The notes under the pieces: generated by a model
The model's database searches: none
What the model saw: only the letters and a program-made list of their open reading frames with translations
What the model was told of the DNA's origin: nothing
Part shown: piece by piece, positions 1 through 8,338 of the stretch
How the letters are laid out: every line of letters starts with the position of its first letter
How positions within the stretch are numbered: position 1 is the first letter of the stretch
Program-made: the position numbers and the translations under genes
Origin: an uncultured Burkholderiales bacterium
GTDB lineage: Bacteria; Vulcanimicrobiota; Xenobia; Xenobiales; JADMJV01
Length of the DNA stretch: 64,000 bases
Direction: 5' to 3'
Assembly: GCA_964649085.1 (NCBI GenBank)
Contig: CAZYPN010000002.1
Span: 158,991-222,990 of the forward strand

Positions 1-1593
1 ATGGCCATCGATGCCGATTTGGGAGCCGGACTGATCGATGCCGACACCGCCAAAGCCCGCCGTGCCAAGGTTCAACGGGCAGCCGACTTCTATGGCTCGA
101 TGGATGGAGCCGGCAAATTCATCAAGGGCGATGCCATCGCGGCCATCGTCATCATGGTCGTCAACGTGGTTGGGGGTCTGGTGATGGGCTGCGGCTACTT
201 CGGAATGAGCGCTGGAGAAGCGTTGCAAACCTACGCCGTGCTCTCCATCGGCAATGGCCTCATCACCACGTTGCCCGCCTTTCTGATGTCGACCTCGATG
301 GGCATTATCGTATCCCGGGCCGCTTCCTCGTCCAACCTGGCCCGCGACCTGGTGTTGGAGATCTTGGGCCAGCCCCAGGCCCTGCGCTTTAGCGCCTTCT
401 CCCTGTTGTTGCTCGGCTTCCTGGGGCTCACCGGTCTCTTCGCCTTTCCGGCTCCGCCCTTCTTTGCCCTGGGGGGCGCCATGCTCTACGGTCACCACCT
501 GCTTTCTCAGGAACGCCAGGACGTGCAAGCCAGGCAAGAAAACCAGAAGGCCGAGGTCCAACGCGAAGTGGTCAAGAACCCCGAGCGAGCGGTGATCAAC
601 CTGGGCATCGACCCGCTCAGCCTGGAAGTGGGTCGGGGGCTGCTGGCCCTGGTCGACCCCGGGCAGGGCGCCAAGTTACTCGAGCGCGTGACGGCCATTC
701 GTCGCCACATCTCCCTGGAAATGGGGCTCATCCTCCCCGGCGTGCGCTTTCGCGACAACCTGCAACTCAAGCCCAATGCCTACGTCATCAAGATTCGCGA
801 AATCGAGGTAGCCCAGGGCGAAGTCCAACCGGGTCAATTCCTGGCCATCGGGCCGGCCGACAAGCTCAAAAGCCTGCGGGGCCTCCGAACGGTCGACCCC
901 ACCTACTCGATGCCGGGCATCTGGCTGCCTCCGGAGCAGCGCGGCGATGCCGAGCGACTGGGCTGCATGCTCTTCGACCCGGTCAGCGTCATCGCCACCC
1001 AGCTCACCGAGGTGGTGCGCAACCACGCCGACCAGCTGCTTCACCGCCAGGACGTCCAGGGTTTGCTCGACCACGTCAAGAAAACCCACCCGGCCGTGGT
1101 CAGGGAAGTGGTGGGTGAGGGGCTGGGCCTGGGGGAGGTACAGAAAGTGCTGCAGAATCTGGTGCGAGAGCGCGTGAGCATCCGAGACATGGTGGTCATT
1201 CTCGAGTGCCTGGCCGACCATATGGCCATGACCCGGGATACCGAGATGCTCACCGAGTTTGTGCGTTCCGCCCTGTGTCGCAACATCTGCAAGGATTACG
1301 TCAACGCCGAGGGCGTGCTGCAGGTGTTGACGCTGGACCCCGTGCTGGAAAGCCGGCTACAGACCACCAGCTCGCTCAGCCCGGGCGACGCCCAGGAGGT
1401 GATGCAGGCTCTCGATGAGCCCCTTCGACGCCTGCAAGAAAAAGGGCTACAGCCCATCCTGTTGACCTCGCCCGGAGTGCGGGCCCGGCTGCGAAGGCTC
1501 ACCGAGAGGTCGTGGCCCCAACTGGTGGTGTTGTCGTGGAATGAAATCGCCCCGCGCGTGCAGGTGCATTCGCTCGACATGGTCACATGTTAA
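1..1593 (+). CDS. flhA: FlhA/SctV-family type III export apparatus protein, partial (N-terminal ~130 aa lie upstream of window)
   Basis: Translation contains the conserved FlhA/InvA block 'MAIDADLGAGLIDADTAKARRAKVQRAADFYGSMDGAGKFIKGDAIAAI'. Large cytoplasmic C-terminal domain. ORF runs from window edge. Confidence 0.8.
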   Translation: MAIDADLGAGLIDADTAKARRAKVQRAADFYGSMDGAGKFIKGDAIAAIVIMVVNVVGGLVMGCGYFGMSAGEALQTYAVLSIGNGLITTLPAFLMSTSMGIIVSRAASSSNLARDLVLEILGQPQALRFSAFSLLLLGFLGLTGLFAFPAPPFFALGGAMLYGHHLLSQERQDVQARQENQKAEVQREVVKNPERAVINLGIDPLSLEVGRGLLALVDPGQGAKLLERVTAIRRHISLEMGLILPGVRFRDNLQLKPNAYVIKIREIEVAQGEVQPGQFLAIGPADKLKSLRGLRTVDPTYSMPGIWLPPEQRGDAERLGCMLFDPVSVIATQLTEVVRNHADQLLHRQDVQGLLDHVKKTHPAVVREVVGEGLGLGEVQKVLQNLVRERVSIRDMVVILECLADHMAMTRDTEMLTEFVRSALCRNICKDYVNAEGVLQVLTLDPVLESRLQTTSSLSPGDAQEVMQALDEPLRRLQEKGLQPILLTSPGVRARLRRLTERSWPQLVVLSWNEIAPRVQVHSLDMVTC

Positions 1594-2348
1594 GTCTGGC
1601 CCTGATCGCTGCTGGCCTGCAGCTTCTTACCCTGATGGTCCTGGGTCCTTTGAGCAGGTGGCGGCGTTGGCCCGCCCTCTGGGCTGTTGCCCTGGCCCTG
1701 CTGGCGGGCCTGGGCTGGCTGCAGCGTTCACACCCCCTGCACTGGCTGCTGGCCGGACCTCAGGAATACCTGATGTTCGGACCGCTGAGTCTGCTGGTGC
1801 TGGGACTGCCGGGACGGCACATTCCGCGAAGAGCCACCCGCTGGATCCTGGCGAGCCTTTCGCTGCTGGTGTTCACCCTCTACGGAGTGGGGCCGCTGCT
1901 GGCCCCCGCCCTCTGGCCACCGGCTCCGGCCAGCCGAGGCTCACACGGTGTGTGGCTCCAAGGCGACAGCTACGGCTGTGGTCCGTCGGCCAGCCTGACG
2001 GCCCTGGAACTCCTGGGGGTCCAGGGCGACTTTCCCGCACTCGCCCGCCAGGCTCTGACCAGCCCCCTGATCGGCACGGCTCCCGATCTACTCTGCCGCG
2101 CCCTGGAGAAACTCTATCCGGTGCGGGCCAGGTGGCTGCAACCCCGCAGCCTGGCCGAGGCAGGAACAGGTCCCCTGCTGCTGATTCTTCACCTGGGGCC
2201 CATGGTCGACCATTACGTGGCCCTGCTGGAGCAGGACAGCAAAGGACTGTGGATCGGCGATCCGTTGGACGGCCGGAGGCACATCACGACGGCGGAGTTT
2301 CGTCAGCGCTGGACCGGGGCGGTCATCCGGCTGGAACGCCGACCTTAG
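1587..2348 (+). CDS. Polytopic membrane protein with C-terminal peptidase C39-like (papain-fold, bacteriocin-processing-type) domain
   Basis: N-terminal hydrophobic helices. 'WLQGDSYGCGPSASLTALELLG' resembles the C39 Gln/Cys 'Q..xxCG.A.L' block. 'DHYVALL' is a candidate His block. C-terminal 'IGDPLDG...ITTAEFRQRWTG' matches the C39-like end. Overlaps flhA stop by 7 nt. Confidence 0.5.
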   Translation: MLSLALIAAGLQLLTLMVLGPLSRWRRWPALWAVALALLAGLGWLQRSHPLHWLLAGPQEYLMFGPLSLLVLGLPGRHIPRRATRWILASLSLLVFTLYGVGPLLAPALWPPAPASRGSHGVWLQGDSYGCGPSASLTALELLGVQGDFPALARQALTSPLIGTAPDLLCRALEKLYPVRARWLQPRSLAEAGTGPLLLILHLGPMVDHYVALLEQDSKGLWIGDPLDGRRHITTAEFRQRWTGAVIRLERRP

Positions 2349-2890
2349 CGCAGCGGGGCGCTCTCCAAGACCAAAATCGTGGCGATACTCTCGCGCTGAG
2401 CCGGGGTCAGAGCCCGCATCTCCTCGACGGCCTCGATCAACGGGGCGCCTTCTCGAGCCGAGAGGCTGCCCTTCTTCACGTGCTCCTCGAGCTTGTCGAT
2501 CATCCGAGGAAAGGCGTCCATGCCCATGGCCTTGCCTTTGACGAAGGCCTCGCGGTGCTGCACCACCACCAGTCCGAAGCGGGTCTTACCCTGAATTTCC
2601 TGACCCAGCACGCGGCGCTGGTTGGCGTTCAAGGAGCCAAATCTGGCCACCACATCCTGGGGCAAAGTCTTGAGTTGCTCGACGAGCTCGGGTTTGGAAA
2701 GAATCTGGCGGCTGGTGTTTTCCGACAGCCCATAGGCCCGCAACCGGGCCATATCGGCATCGGGGGCCTGGGCGTAGACCACCGTCGGACCCATCATGCC
2801 CGCCGCCGCGCTGGCCAGGCTGGCCGTGGTCAACAGGGCCCGCGCCAGCTTCTTGCCCAGGTCGGCGGAGTCAAAGCGAGTGGGTCGCAT
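2345..2890 (-). CDS. Hypothetical secreted/periplasmic protein
   Basis: ORF 2345..3019 trimmed to Met44, which precedes a signal-peptide-like segment 'KKLARALLTTASLASAAAGMMGPTVVYAQAP'. No recognisable family. Confidence 0.35.
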   Translation of the reverse strand: MRPTRFDSADLGKKLARALLTTASLASAAAGMMGPTVVYAQAPDADMARLRAYGLSENTSRQILSKPELVEQLKTLPQDVVARFGSLNANQRRVLGQEIQGKTRFGLVVVQHREAFVKGKAMGMDAFPRMIDKLEEHVKKGSLSAREGAPLIEAVEEMRALTPAQRESIATILVLESAPLR

Positions 2891-3260
2891 CAGTTCGGCC
2901 TCGGGTGCAGCCCCCAGTTCCACCCGGTCAGCCGGATCGTCCTGGCCTGAACCCCGAACCGCGGGCGAGGGGGCACCCTGAACCGGACTCAAGGAAGAGA
3001 AACGCTTGAGGGGATCCACAGCTAATTACCGCTGATGGCGTAGGGTGGAGCACCCTTGCGCACTTCGTTCAGAGGAGGCTGAGGCAGCATAAGAAACCGA
3101 TTCGCCCCGGCCAGGTACACCCCTTTACTCGAACAAGGCCGCCAGCCTGAGGGGCAGGGCGTGTGTCACCCTTGCCCCCCTGGGAGCGCGGCCGAAAACC
3201 CGTGGCCCGACCTACAACCCCTCCTCGATTTCGCCAAGGGCGGGGTTCTGGGCCGGGCTC

Positions 3261-3746
3261 CTAGCTGAAGAGAGGCAAATCGCCCTCGACCGGATGACTC
3301 TCGCTGGTGCGTGTCAGCGAAAGCGGCGACACCAACTGCCGACGCTCGAGGTCACCTACCCAGAGCTGTCCCTTTCGGTCCAGGTGACAGCTGTGGAAAT
3401 GCGCCTGAGTGAGCATCGGGTGCCGAGACAGCCAGAGCAACTGAGCGTGTGCATGATCTAGCGGAGAAGCCCCGTGACAGAAGGCACAGCCTTCGTGGGT
3501 CAAAGCCACCACGTCGATCGGCTCCTCGGGCACCTGGCGCACTCGATGCACTGCCAGCGAAATCTCTGCGGCCTCGAGAAAGTGAGCACACCCTCCCAGA
3601 TTCTGCAGCACCACACAGTTGTGAGTGAAGAGCTTTTCTGACTTCAGGCCGGTTTCACAGCAAGTCAGCACCAGGGCCGGTGCCCCCTGCTTGAGCCTCT
3701 GATAGAGCCCCCAGAAATGTCCATATGTGAGCATCATGGCCTCCAT
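3261..3746 (-). CDS. Beta-carbonic-anhydrase-like protein (divergent; catalytic Asp/Arg dyad substituted)
   Basis: ORF trimmed to the Met downstream of the icd stop. 'LVLTCCETGLKSEKLF' aligns to the beta-CA 'LxIGCSDSRVxxExL' block, with D->E and R->G. 'ALTHEGCAFCHG' aligns to the 'VxGHxxCGG' His/Cys block. Confidence 0.3.
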   Translation of the reverse strand: MEAMMLTYGHFWGLYQRLKQGAPALVLTCCETGLKSEKLFTHNCVVLQNLGGCAHFLEAAEISLAVHRVRQVPEEPIDVVALTHEGCAFCHGASPLDHAHAQLLWLSRHPMLTQAHFHSCHLDRKGQLWVGDLERRQLVSPLSLTRTSESHPVEGDLPLFS

Positions 3747-3801
3747 CTTGCCCGAGTTGCCAGCCGTCGAGAATGACAAGGTTGTAAGCTCTGCCGGGCG
3801 G

Positions 3802-5292
3802 TTACTCACCTTGACCCAGCGAATAGCCTCGCTCGCCGCCGAAGGTGCAAAGATTCTCGGTCTTGATGAACTCAAAGCCAGCCGAGTGAACTCGATGCAG
3901 GAGGTCGACGATTTCCTGCAGCGCGATCGGTTGGAGCTGCGGATGGGTGAATCGGCAACGCCAGTGATCGGTGCAAAACGTTTCGGGCATTCCCTCGGGC
4001 CAGACCTTCACACCGCGATTGGTGATCATTTTGAGCTGAAGCGACGCGCTGCCAAGCTCGCGCAACTGATTGCCGAGCTGCTCGGGGTTGGCCCCAGCCT
4101 GGCAGAGAAAAACGTCCACGCCAATGGTTTCCCGAGGTTCGCCGGCACGGTCGACCTGGCTCTTCAATAGCGGTTTGCGCATCTCGCCACCGGCCAGCCT
4201 GCGCAAGGGTAAGTGTTCGGGGCCTTTGCCGAGTCGCTCCACAATGGCGCGGGCGAAAGCTCGGGTTCCCACCACCTCATGGGTGTGTTCGGGGGTGGCG
4301 ATGTCATAAGTGTGCAGACCGTCTTCCAGCGTGCGCAACCAGGCATTCTGAACCCGTTCGGCCACCTCGGCCTGGCCCAGGTGGGTCAGCATCAGCACGG
4401 CTCCTTGCAACAGGCCCGAGGGATTGGCCTTATCCTGGCCGGCCCGCCGAGGGGCCGAGCCGTGGATGGCTTCAAACATCGCAAATCCATCGCCAATGTT
4501 GGAAGAACCGGCCAGTCCCACCGAGCCCGCGATTTGAGCGGCCACGTCCGAAAGGATGTCGCCATACAGGTTGGGCATCACCAGCACATCAAAGAGCTCT
4601 GGAGTGTCGGCCATCTTGGCGGCGCCAATGTCTACAATCCAGTGCTCTTTCTCGAGTTCTGGGTATTCGGCTCCCACTTCGTCGAACACTTTATGAAACA
4701 GGCCGTCGGTCAGCTTCATGATGTTGTCTTTGGTGAAGCAGGTCACTTTTTTGCGTCCGTTGGCACGCGCGAACTCAAAGGCATAGCGCACGATTTTCTC
4801 GGTGCCAGGCCGGGTGATCAGCTTGAGGCACTGATACACCTCATCGGTTTGCCGATGCTCGATACCGGCGTAAAGGTCTTCCTCGTTTTCGCGCACAATC
4901 ACCAGGTCCATCTTGGGGTGCCGAGTCTTGACATAGGGATGGAAGGCCATACAGGGACGAACGTTGGCATACAGGCCCAGAGCCTTGCGAATGGTCACGT
5001 TGAGACTCTTGTATCCACCGCCCTGAGGCGTGGTGATGGGGGCCTTTAAGAAAGTGCGCGTGCGGCGCAGTGACTCCCAGGCCTCGGGGCGGATGCCCGC
5101 AGTGAAGCCCTGTGCATAGACCGCCTCTCCTACCTCGATCTCCTCAACCTCGAGCAAAGCCCCGGCCTCACGAAGCACCGTGAGTGTGGCTTCCATGATT
5201 TCGGGTCCGATACCGTCTCCGCGCGCGACCGTGATGGGTGCGACTTGCTGGCTGGAGGTCTTGGAGGCTTCGGGTGATGATGCTGCAAGCAT
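3802..5292 (-). CDS. icd: NADP-dependent isocitrate dehydrogenase, extended 496-aa (Thermus-type) form
   Basis: Conserved IDH/IMDH blocks: 'ARGDGIGPEIM', 'LYANVRPC', 'IVRENEEDLYAGIE', 'NLYGDILSD', 'GSAPRRAGQDKANP'. Has a ~140-aa C-terminal extension. Confidence 0.85.
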   Translation of the reverse strand: MLAASSPEASKTSSQQVAPITVARGDGIGPEIMEATLTVLREAGALLEVEEIEVGEAVYAQGFTAGIRPEAWESLRRTRTFLKAPITTPQGGGYKSLNVTIRKALGLYANVRPCMAFHPYVKTRHPKMDLVIVRENEEDLYAGIEHRQTDEVYQCLKLITRPGTEKIVRYAFEFARANGRKKVTCFTKDNIMKLTDGLFHKVFDEVGAEYPELEKEHWIVDIGAAKMADTPELFDVLVMPNLYGDILSDVAAQIAGSVGLAGSSNIGDGFAMFEAIHGSAPRRAGQDKANPSGLLQGAVLMLTHLGQAEVAERVQNAWLRTLEDGLHTYDIATPEHTHEVVGTRAFARAIVERLGKGPEHLPLRRLAGGEMRKPLLKSQVDRAGEPRETIGVDVFLCQAGANPEQLGNQLRELGSASLQLKMITNRGVKVWPEGMPETFCTDHWRCRFTHPQLQPIALQEIVDLLHRVHSAGFEFIKTENLCTFGGERGYSLGQGE

Positions 5293-5373
5293 TTTTGAAT
5301 CTCGATTCTTGAAGTTTGATTCATCATTTTTTGATCACATTCTTCGAGTTGTCAAGGGGGCGGAGGGTTCTTT
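5293..5373. promoter_or_regulatory. AT-rich intergenic island upstream of icd (candidate promoter); minus-strand reading contains TTGACA
   Basis: Local AT-richness in a ~65% GC context. Reverse strand reads 'ccccTTGACAactcgaagaatgtgatcaaaaaatg'. Lies between the regulator stop (5374) and icd start (5292). Confidence 0.3.
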
Positions 5374-5667
5374 CTAGCGGTCCAGGTCGCGCAACCCCAC
5401 CATGGCCAGCAAATCGCCCACCGGGCAATGGGCCTCAACAGGGTGACGCAGCGGCAACGTGGGATTCACGCGATAGCGGTTCTTGCGCCCCTCGCGCAAT
5501 TTCTCCAGGTAGCCGGCCTGCACGAGGTCGCCAATAATCTTGTGCACGGCTCGCTCGGTGATGCCAACTCGGTCGGACAGTTCACGCAGGGTGATCTCCG
5601 GATTGGATACGATGCAGATCAGCACATGACTGTGGTTCGACAAGAATGTCCAGCGTTGTTCGCTCAT
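5374..5667 (-). CDS. Winged-helix HTH transcriptional regulator (ArsR/MarR-like), last gene of pilus operon
   Basis: 'ITLRELSDRVGITERAVHKIIGDLVQAGYLEKL' is an HTH plus wing pattern. ATG at 5667-5665 overlaps the pilB TGA (5669-5667) as ATGA. Confidence 0.55.
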   Translation of the reverse strand: MSEQRWTFLSNHSHVLICIVSNPEITLRELSDRVGITERAVHKIIGDLVQAGYLEKLREGRKNRYRVNPTLPLRHPVEAHCPVGDLLAMVGLRDLDR

Positions 5668-7382
5668 CAGTGCGCCAGCAAAGCCAGGGCCTCGTCTACC
5701 GAGGTCAACCCCTGGCGAACCTTGCTGGCCAAACTGGAACGCATGGGAATCAGCGCCCCACACGCCAGAGCGGCTGATGCAATGCGATCGGCATTGGCCG
5801 ATTCGGCCGGTAAAGCCCGCAACTCGGCAGTAAAGTCGAGCAGTTCGTGGACGGCAATGCGACCCTTAAATCCAAAGTGGTTGCACTCCTGACAGCCCAA
5901 CGGACCGAAGAACTGGCCCTCGAGCTGCAACGCTGTCAGACTTTCCTGGGAAGACTCCTCGGACCGCTTACATCGGGGACACAGGCGTCGCACCAAACGT
6001 TGGGCCAGCACGCCGTTGAGTGAAGCCTGAATTTGATACAGGGGAATGCCCATGTCCATCAGCCGCGTAATGGCCTGAGGGGCATCGTTGGTGTGCAGAG
6101 TGGAAAACATTTGATGACCGGTCAGAGCGGCCCGCACGGCGATTTGCGCCGACTCAAGGTCGCGGATCTCACCCACCAGCACCACGTCGGGGTCGTGGCG
6201 CAAAATGGCTCGCAGACCCTGAGCGAAAGTGTAACCGATGTCGGGCTGCACCTGGATCTGAGTGATCCCCGCCATCTGATACTCCACGGGATCTTCCAGC
6301 GTGATGGTTTTGCGGGTGGTATCGCTGATGCGGTGCAGGGTGGCATATAACGTCGTGGATTTGCCCGATCCGGTCGGCCCGGTAACCAGCACAATGCCGT
6401 GGGGTCGCTTGAGAATCTTCTCATAACGATCGAGAATCTCGGACTCAAAGCCCAGACTGGTAAGCTCAAGCTGAACGGCGTGGGGATTGAGAATTCGAAT
6501 CACCACACCCTCGCCGTTCACGTTGGGGATGATGGATACCCGCAGGTCGTACTTCTTGTCGTCGACCACCAGGCTGGAACGACCGTCCTGAGGCAGGCGC
6601 CGTTCGGCGATATCCATTCCTGCGCTGATCTTGATGCGCGAAATGACGGCATTGTAAAGGGCCAGCGGGGGCCCCGGGAACTCGCGCAGCAGGCCATCGA
6701 CACGATAGCGAAGCAGCACCTTGTTGGGGAAGCTCTCCAGATGAAGGTCACTGGCACCCAGGCGAATGGCCTGGGCCAGAATATGGTCGACGAGCTTGAT
6801 GGTGGGAGCGTCGCGATCTTCAAGCGTAGCCGCCTGCTGGACCTGGCCCTGAGCCTCGCCGCCAGCGGCCGCGGTGATGGCTTGCAGCGTGCGGCTCGAC
6901 TCTTCCGAGGTCAGCAAACTGCGATTCAACGCTTCCTCGATATCGCGGCCCAGCGCGAACACCGGCTCGACAACCAATCCGGTAAGTTTCGCCACGAAAT
7001 CTTGCGTTTGCAGATTGTAGGGGTCGCTGACGGCCAGATACAGATGCTGGCCCACTCGGAACAGGGGAATCGCCTTGACCCTGCGAGCCTGGTCTTCGGT
7101 CAGCAAATGAACGCAGGCTGGATCGGGATGATAGCGCCGCAAAGCCAGAGCAGGACAATCGTAATGACGAGAGAGCACGTCGAGCAACTGAGACTCTTCC
7201 ACCCAACGCTGCTGAAGCAAGAAATCGGCCGGGTCGCGCTGACTACTCAGCCGTTGGCGCTGCTCGTCGCTCAGCTCGAGACGCTCGACCCAATCGCTCA
7301 AGGGGTCACCAGGCCCAGGGCTTGTTGGTAGAAGACGATTTCGGCGGGGCCGCTCGACGAACTGGGCTGCAATTGATGCCAC
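5667..7382 (-). CDS. pilB: Type II secretion / type IV pilus assembly ATPase (GspE/PilB family)
   Basis: GspE_N-like N-domain. Walker A 'GPTGSGKSTT', Asp box, His box, and tetracysteine 'CPRCK...C..C' are typical of GspE/PilB. The start may be internal, because the ORF overlaps the pilM 3' end by 85 nt. Confidence 0.85.
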   Translation of the reverse strand: MASIAAQFVERPRRNRLLPTSPGPGDPLSDWVERLELSDEQRQRLSSQRDPADFLLQQRWVEESQLLDVLSRHYDCPALALRRYHPDPACVHLLTEDQARRVKAIPLFRVGQHLYLAVSDPYNLQTQDFVAKLTGLVVEPVFALGRDIEEALNRSLLTSEESSRTLQAITAAAGGEAQGQVQQAATLEDRDAPTIKLVDHILAQAIRLGASDLHLESFPNKVLLRYRVDGLLREFPGPPLALYNAVISRIKISAGMDIAERRLPQDGRSSLVVDDKKYDLRVSIIPNVNGEGVVIRILNPHAVQLELTSLGFESEILDRYEKILKRPHGIVLVTGPTGSGKSTTLYATLHRISDTTRKTITLEDPVEYQMAGITQIQVQPDIGYTFAQGLRAILRHDPDVVLVGEIRDLESAQIAVRAALTGHQMFSTLHTNDAPQAITRLMDMGIPLYQIQASLNGVLAQRLVRRLCPRCKRSEESSQESLTALQLEGQFFGPLGCQECNHFGFKGRIAVHELLDFTAELRALPAESANADRIASAALACGALIPMRSSLASKVRQGLTSVDEALALLAH

Positions 7383-8305
7383 TGCTCAACCCGCACCGGC
7401 AAGCCCAGCGATTCGGTCAGACGCTCATCCAGGCCCTTCCACAGAGCCGTGCCCCCCGTAAGAATGACCTGGCCGGGCTTGAGCATGGGAAACCGTTGCT
7501 GAGCAAACTTCACGGAGCGCTGAATCTCGGTAAGCCATCGCTGAATGAAGGACTCCACTTTGAAGTCTCGCTCCCCCACGTGGTATTCCAGCTTGGACTG
7601 CTCGGCCTGGTCCCAAGCGACCTGATCGCCCATCTGGAAAGCGTAGGTGAAGTCAGCCCCGGCCATGCCAAAATCGCGGCTGAAATAGGGCTTGCCGCCT
7701 GAGAGCAGCAGAACGTGAGTGGTGCGAAATCCACACACCACCACCAGCGAACATTCCTCGCTCGGAACCTTGCGGTTCAGGGCCAGGCCGCGCACCAGGG
7801 CCAGCACCGCGGGTTCACACGAAGCCACTTCGAGACCGCCCTGCACAAACAAAGCCTTGCGCGCGCCCAGGGTTGCCTTGGGAATGGCCAGAAAAAAATA
7901 GCCCAGATGGTCGGGTTTGTGTAGCGCGGGCACCTCAAACGGATACAGGTCCACCTCGGCCAGGGTGTGGGGAATATCTCGGGCGGCTGCCGTAGGCAAC
8001 GCCAGCTTCAGTTGCTCTCGGGTCAGCCGCGGCACTTCCACATAGCCCGTGGCGGCCGTGGCGTCTTCTAGCGACAGATGAATCTTCGGGGTGGAGCGGC
8101 CGGCCTCGCGGGCCACCCGCTCAATATGCTGGCAGGCCAGAGCCCCCAGTTCGGCAGGGCCGAGATCGTCCTCTTTGCCATGGCGCTGCGAAACAAGCGG
8201 AACATGAGACACGGTGCAGGTAGTTCCCGAGCGATCGAGGCAACACACCTTGAGGGCATAGCTACCAAGATCTACACCGAGCTGGACCTTTTTCTTCCAG
8301 AACAC
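7298..8305 (-). CDS. pilM: Type IV pilus assembly protein PilM (actin-like ATPase fold)
   Basis: N-terminal 'LGVDLGSYALKV' and overall length/pattern fit PilM. Position is immediately upstream of pilB. Confidence 0.65.
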   Translation of the reverse strand: MFWKKKVQLGVDLGSYALKVCCLDRSGTTCTVSHVPLVSQRHGKEDDLGPAELGALACQHIERVAREAGRSTPKIHLSLEDATAATGYVEVPRLTREQLKLALPTAAARDIPHTLAEVDLYPFEVPALHKPDHLGYFFLAIPKATLGARKALFVQGGLEVASCEPAVLALVRGLALNRKVPSEECSLVVVCGFRTTHVLLLSGGKPYFSRDFGMAGADFTYAFQMGDQVAWDQAEQSKLEYHVGERDFKVESFIQRWLTEIQRSVKFAQQRFPMLKPGQVILTGGTALWKGLDERLTESLGLPVRVEQWHQLQPSSSSGPAEIVFYQQALGLVTP

Positions 8306-8338
8306 CTCAGAAGATTCGGATGCAACCGAGGCCTTCCT

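Noticed and set aside
1541-2950. 469-aa plus-strand ORF overlapping the C39-like gene and the convergent hypothetical gene
   Set aside because: Pro/Gly/Arg/Ala-rich, low-complexity translation typical of an off-frame read in GC-rich DNA. The in-frame alternatives (1587..2348 +, 2345..2890 -) have protein-like composition and motifs.
3802-4230. ~140-aa C-terminal extension of isocitrate dehydrogenase as a possible novel domain
   Set aside because: As far as I recall, 496-aa IDHs with an extra C-terminal domain are already known (Thermus-type). Treated as established rather than novel. An HMM check would confirm.
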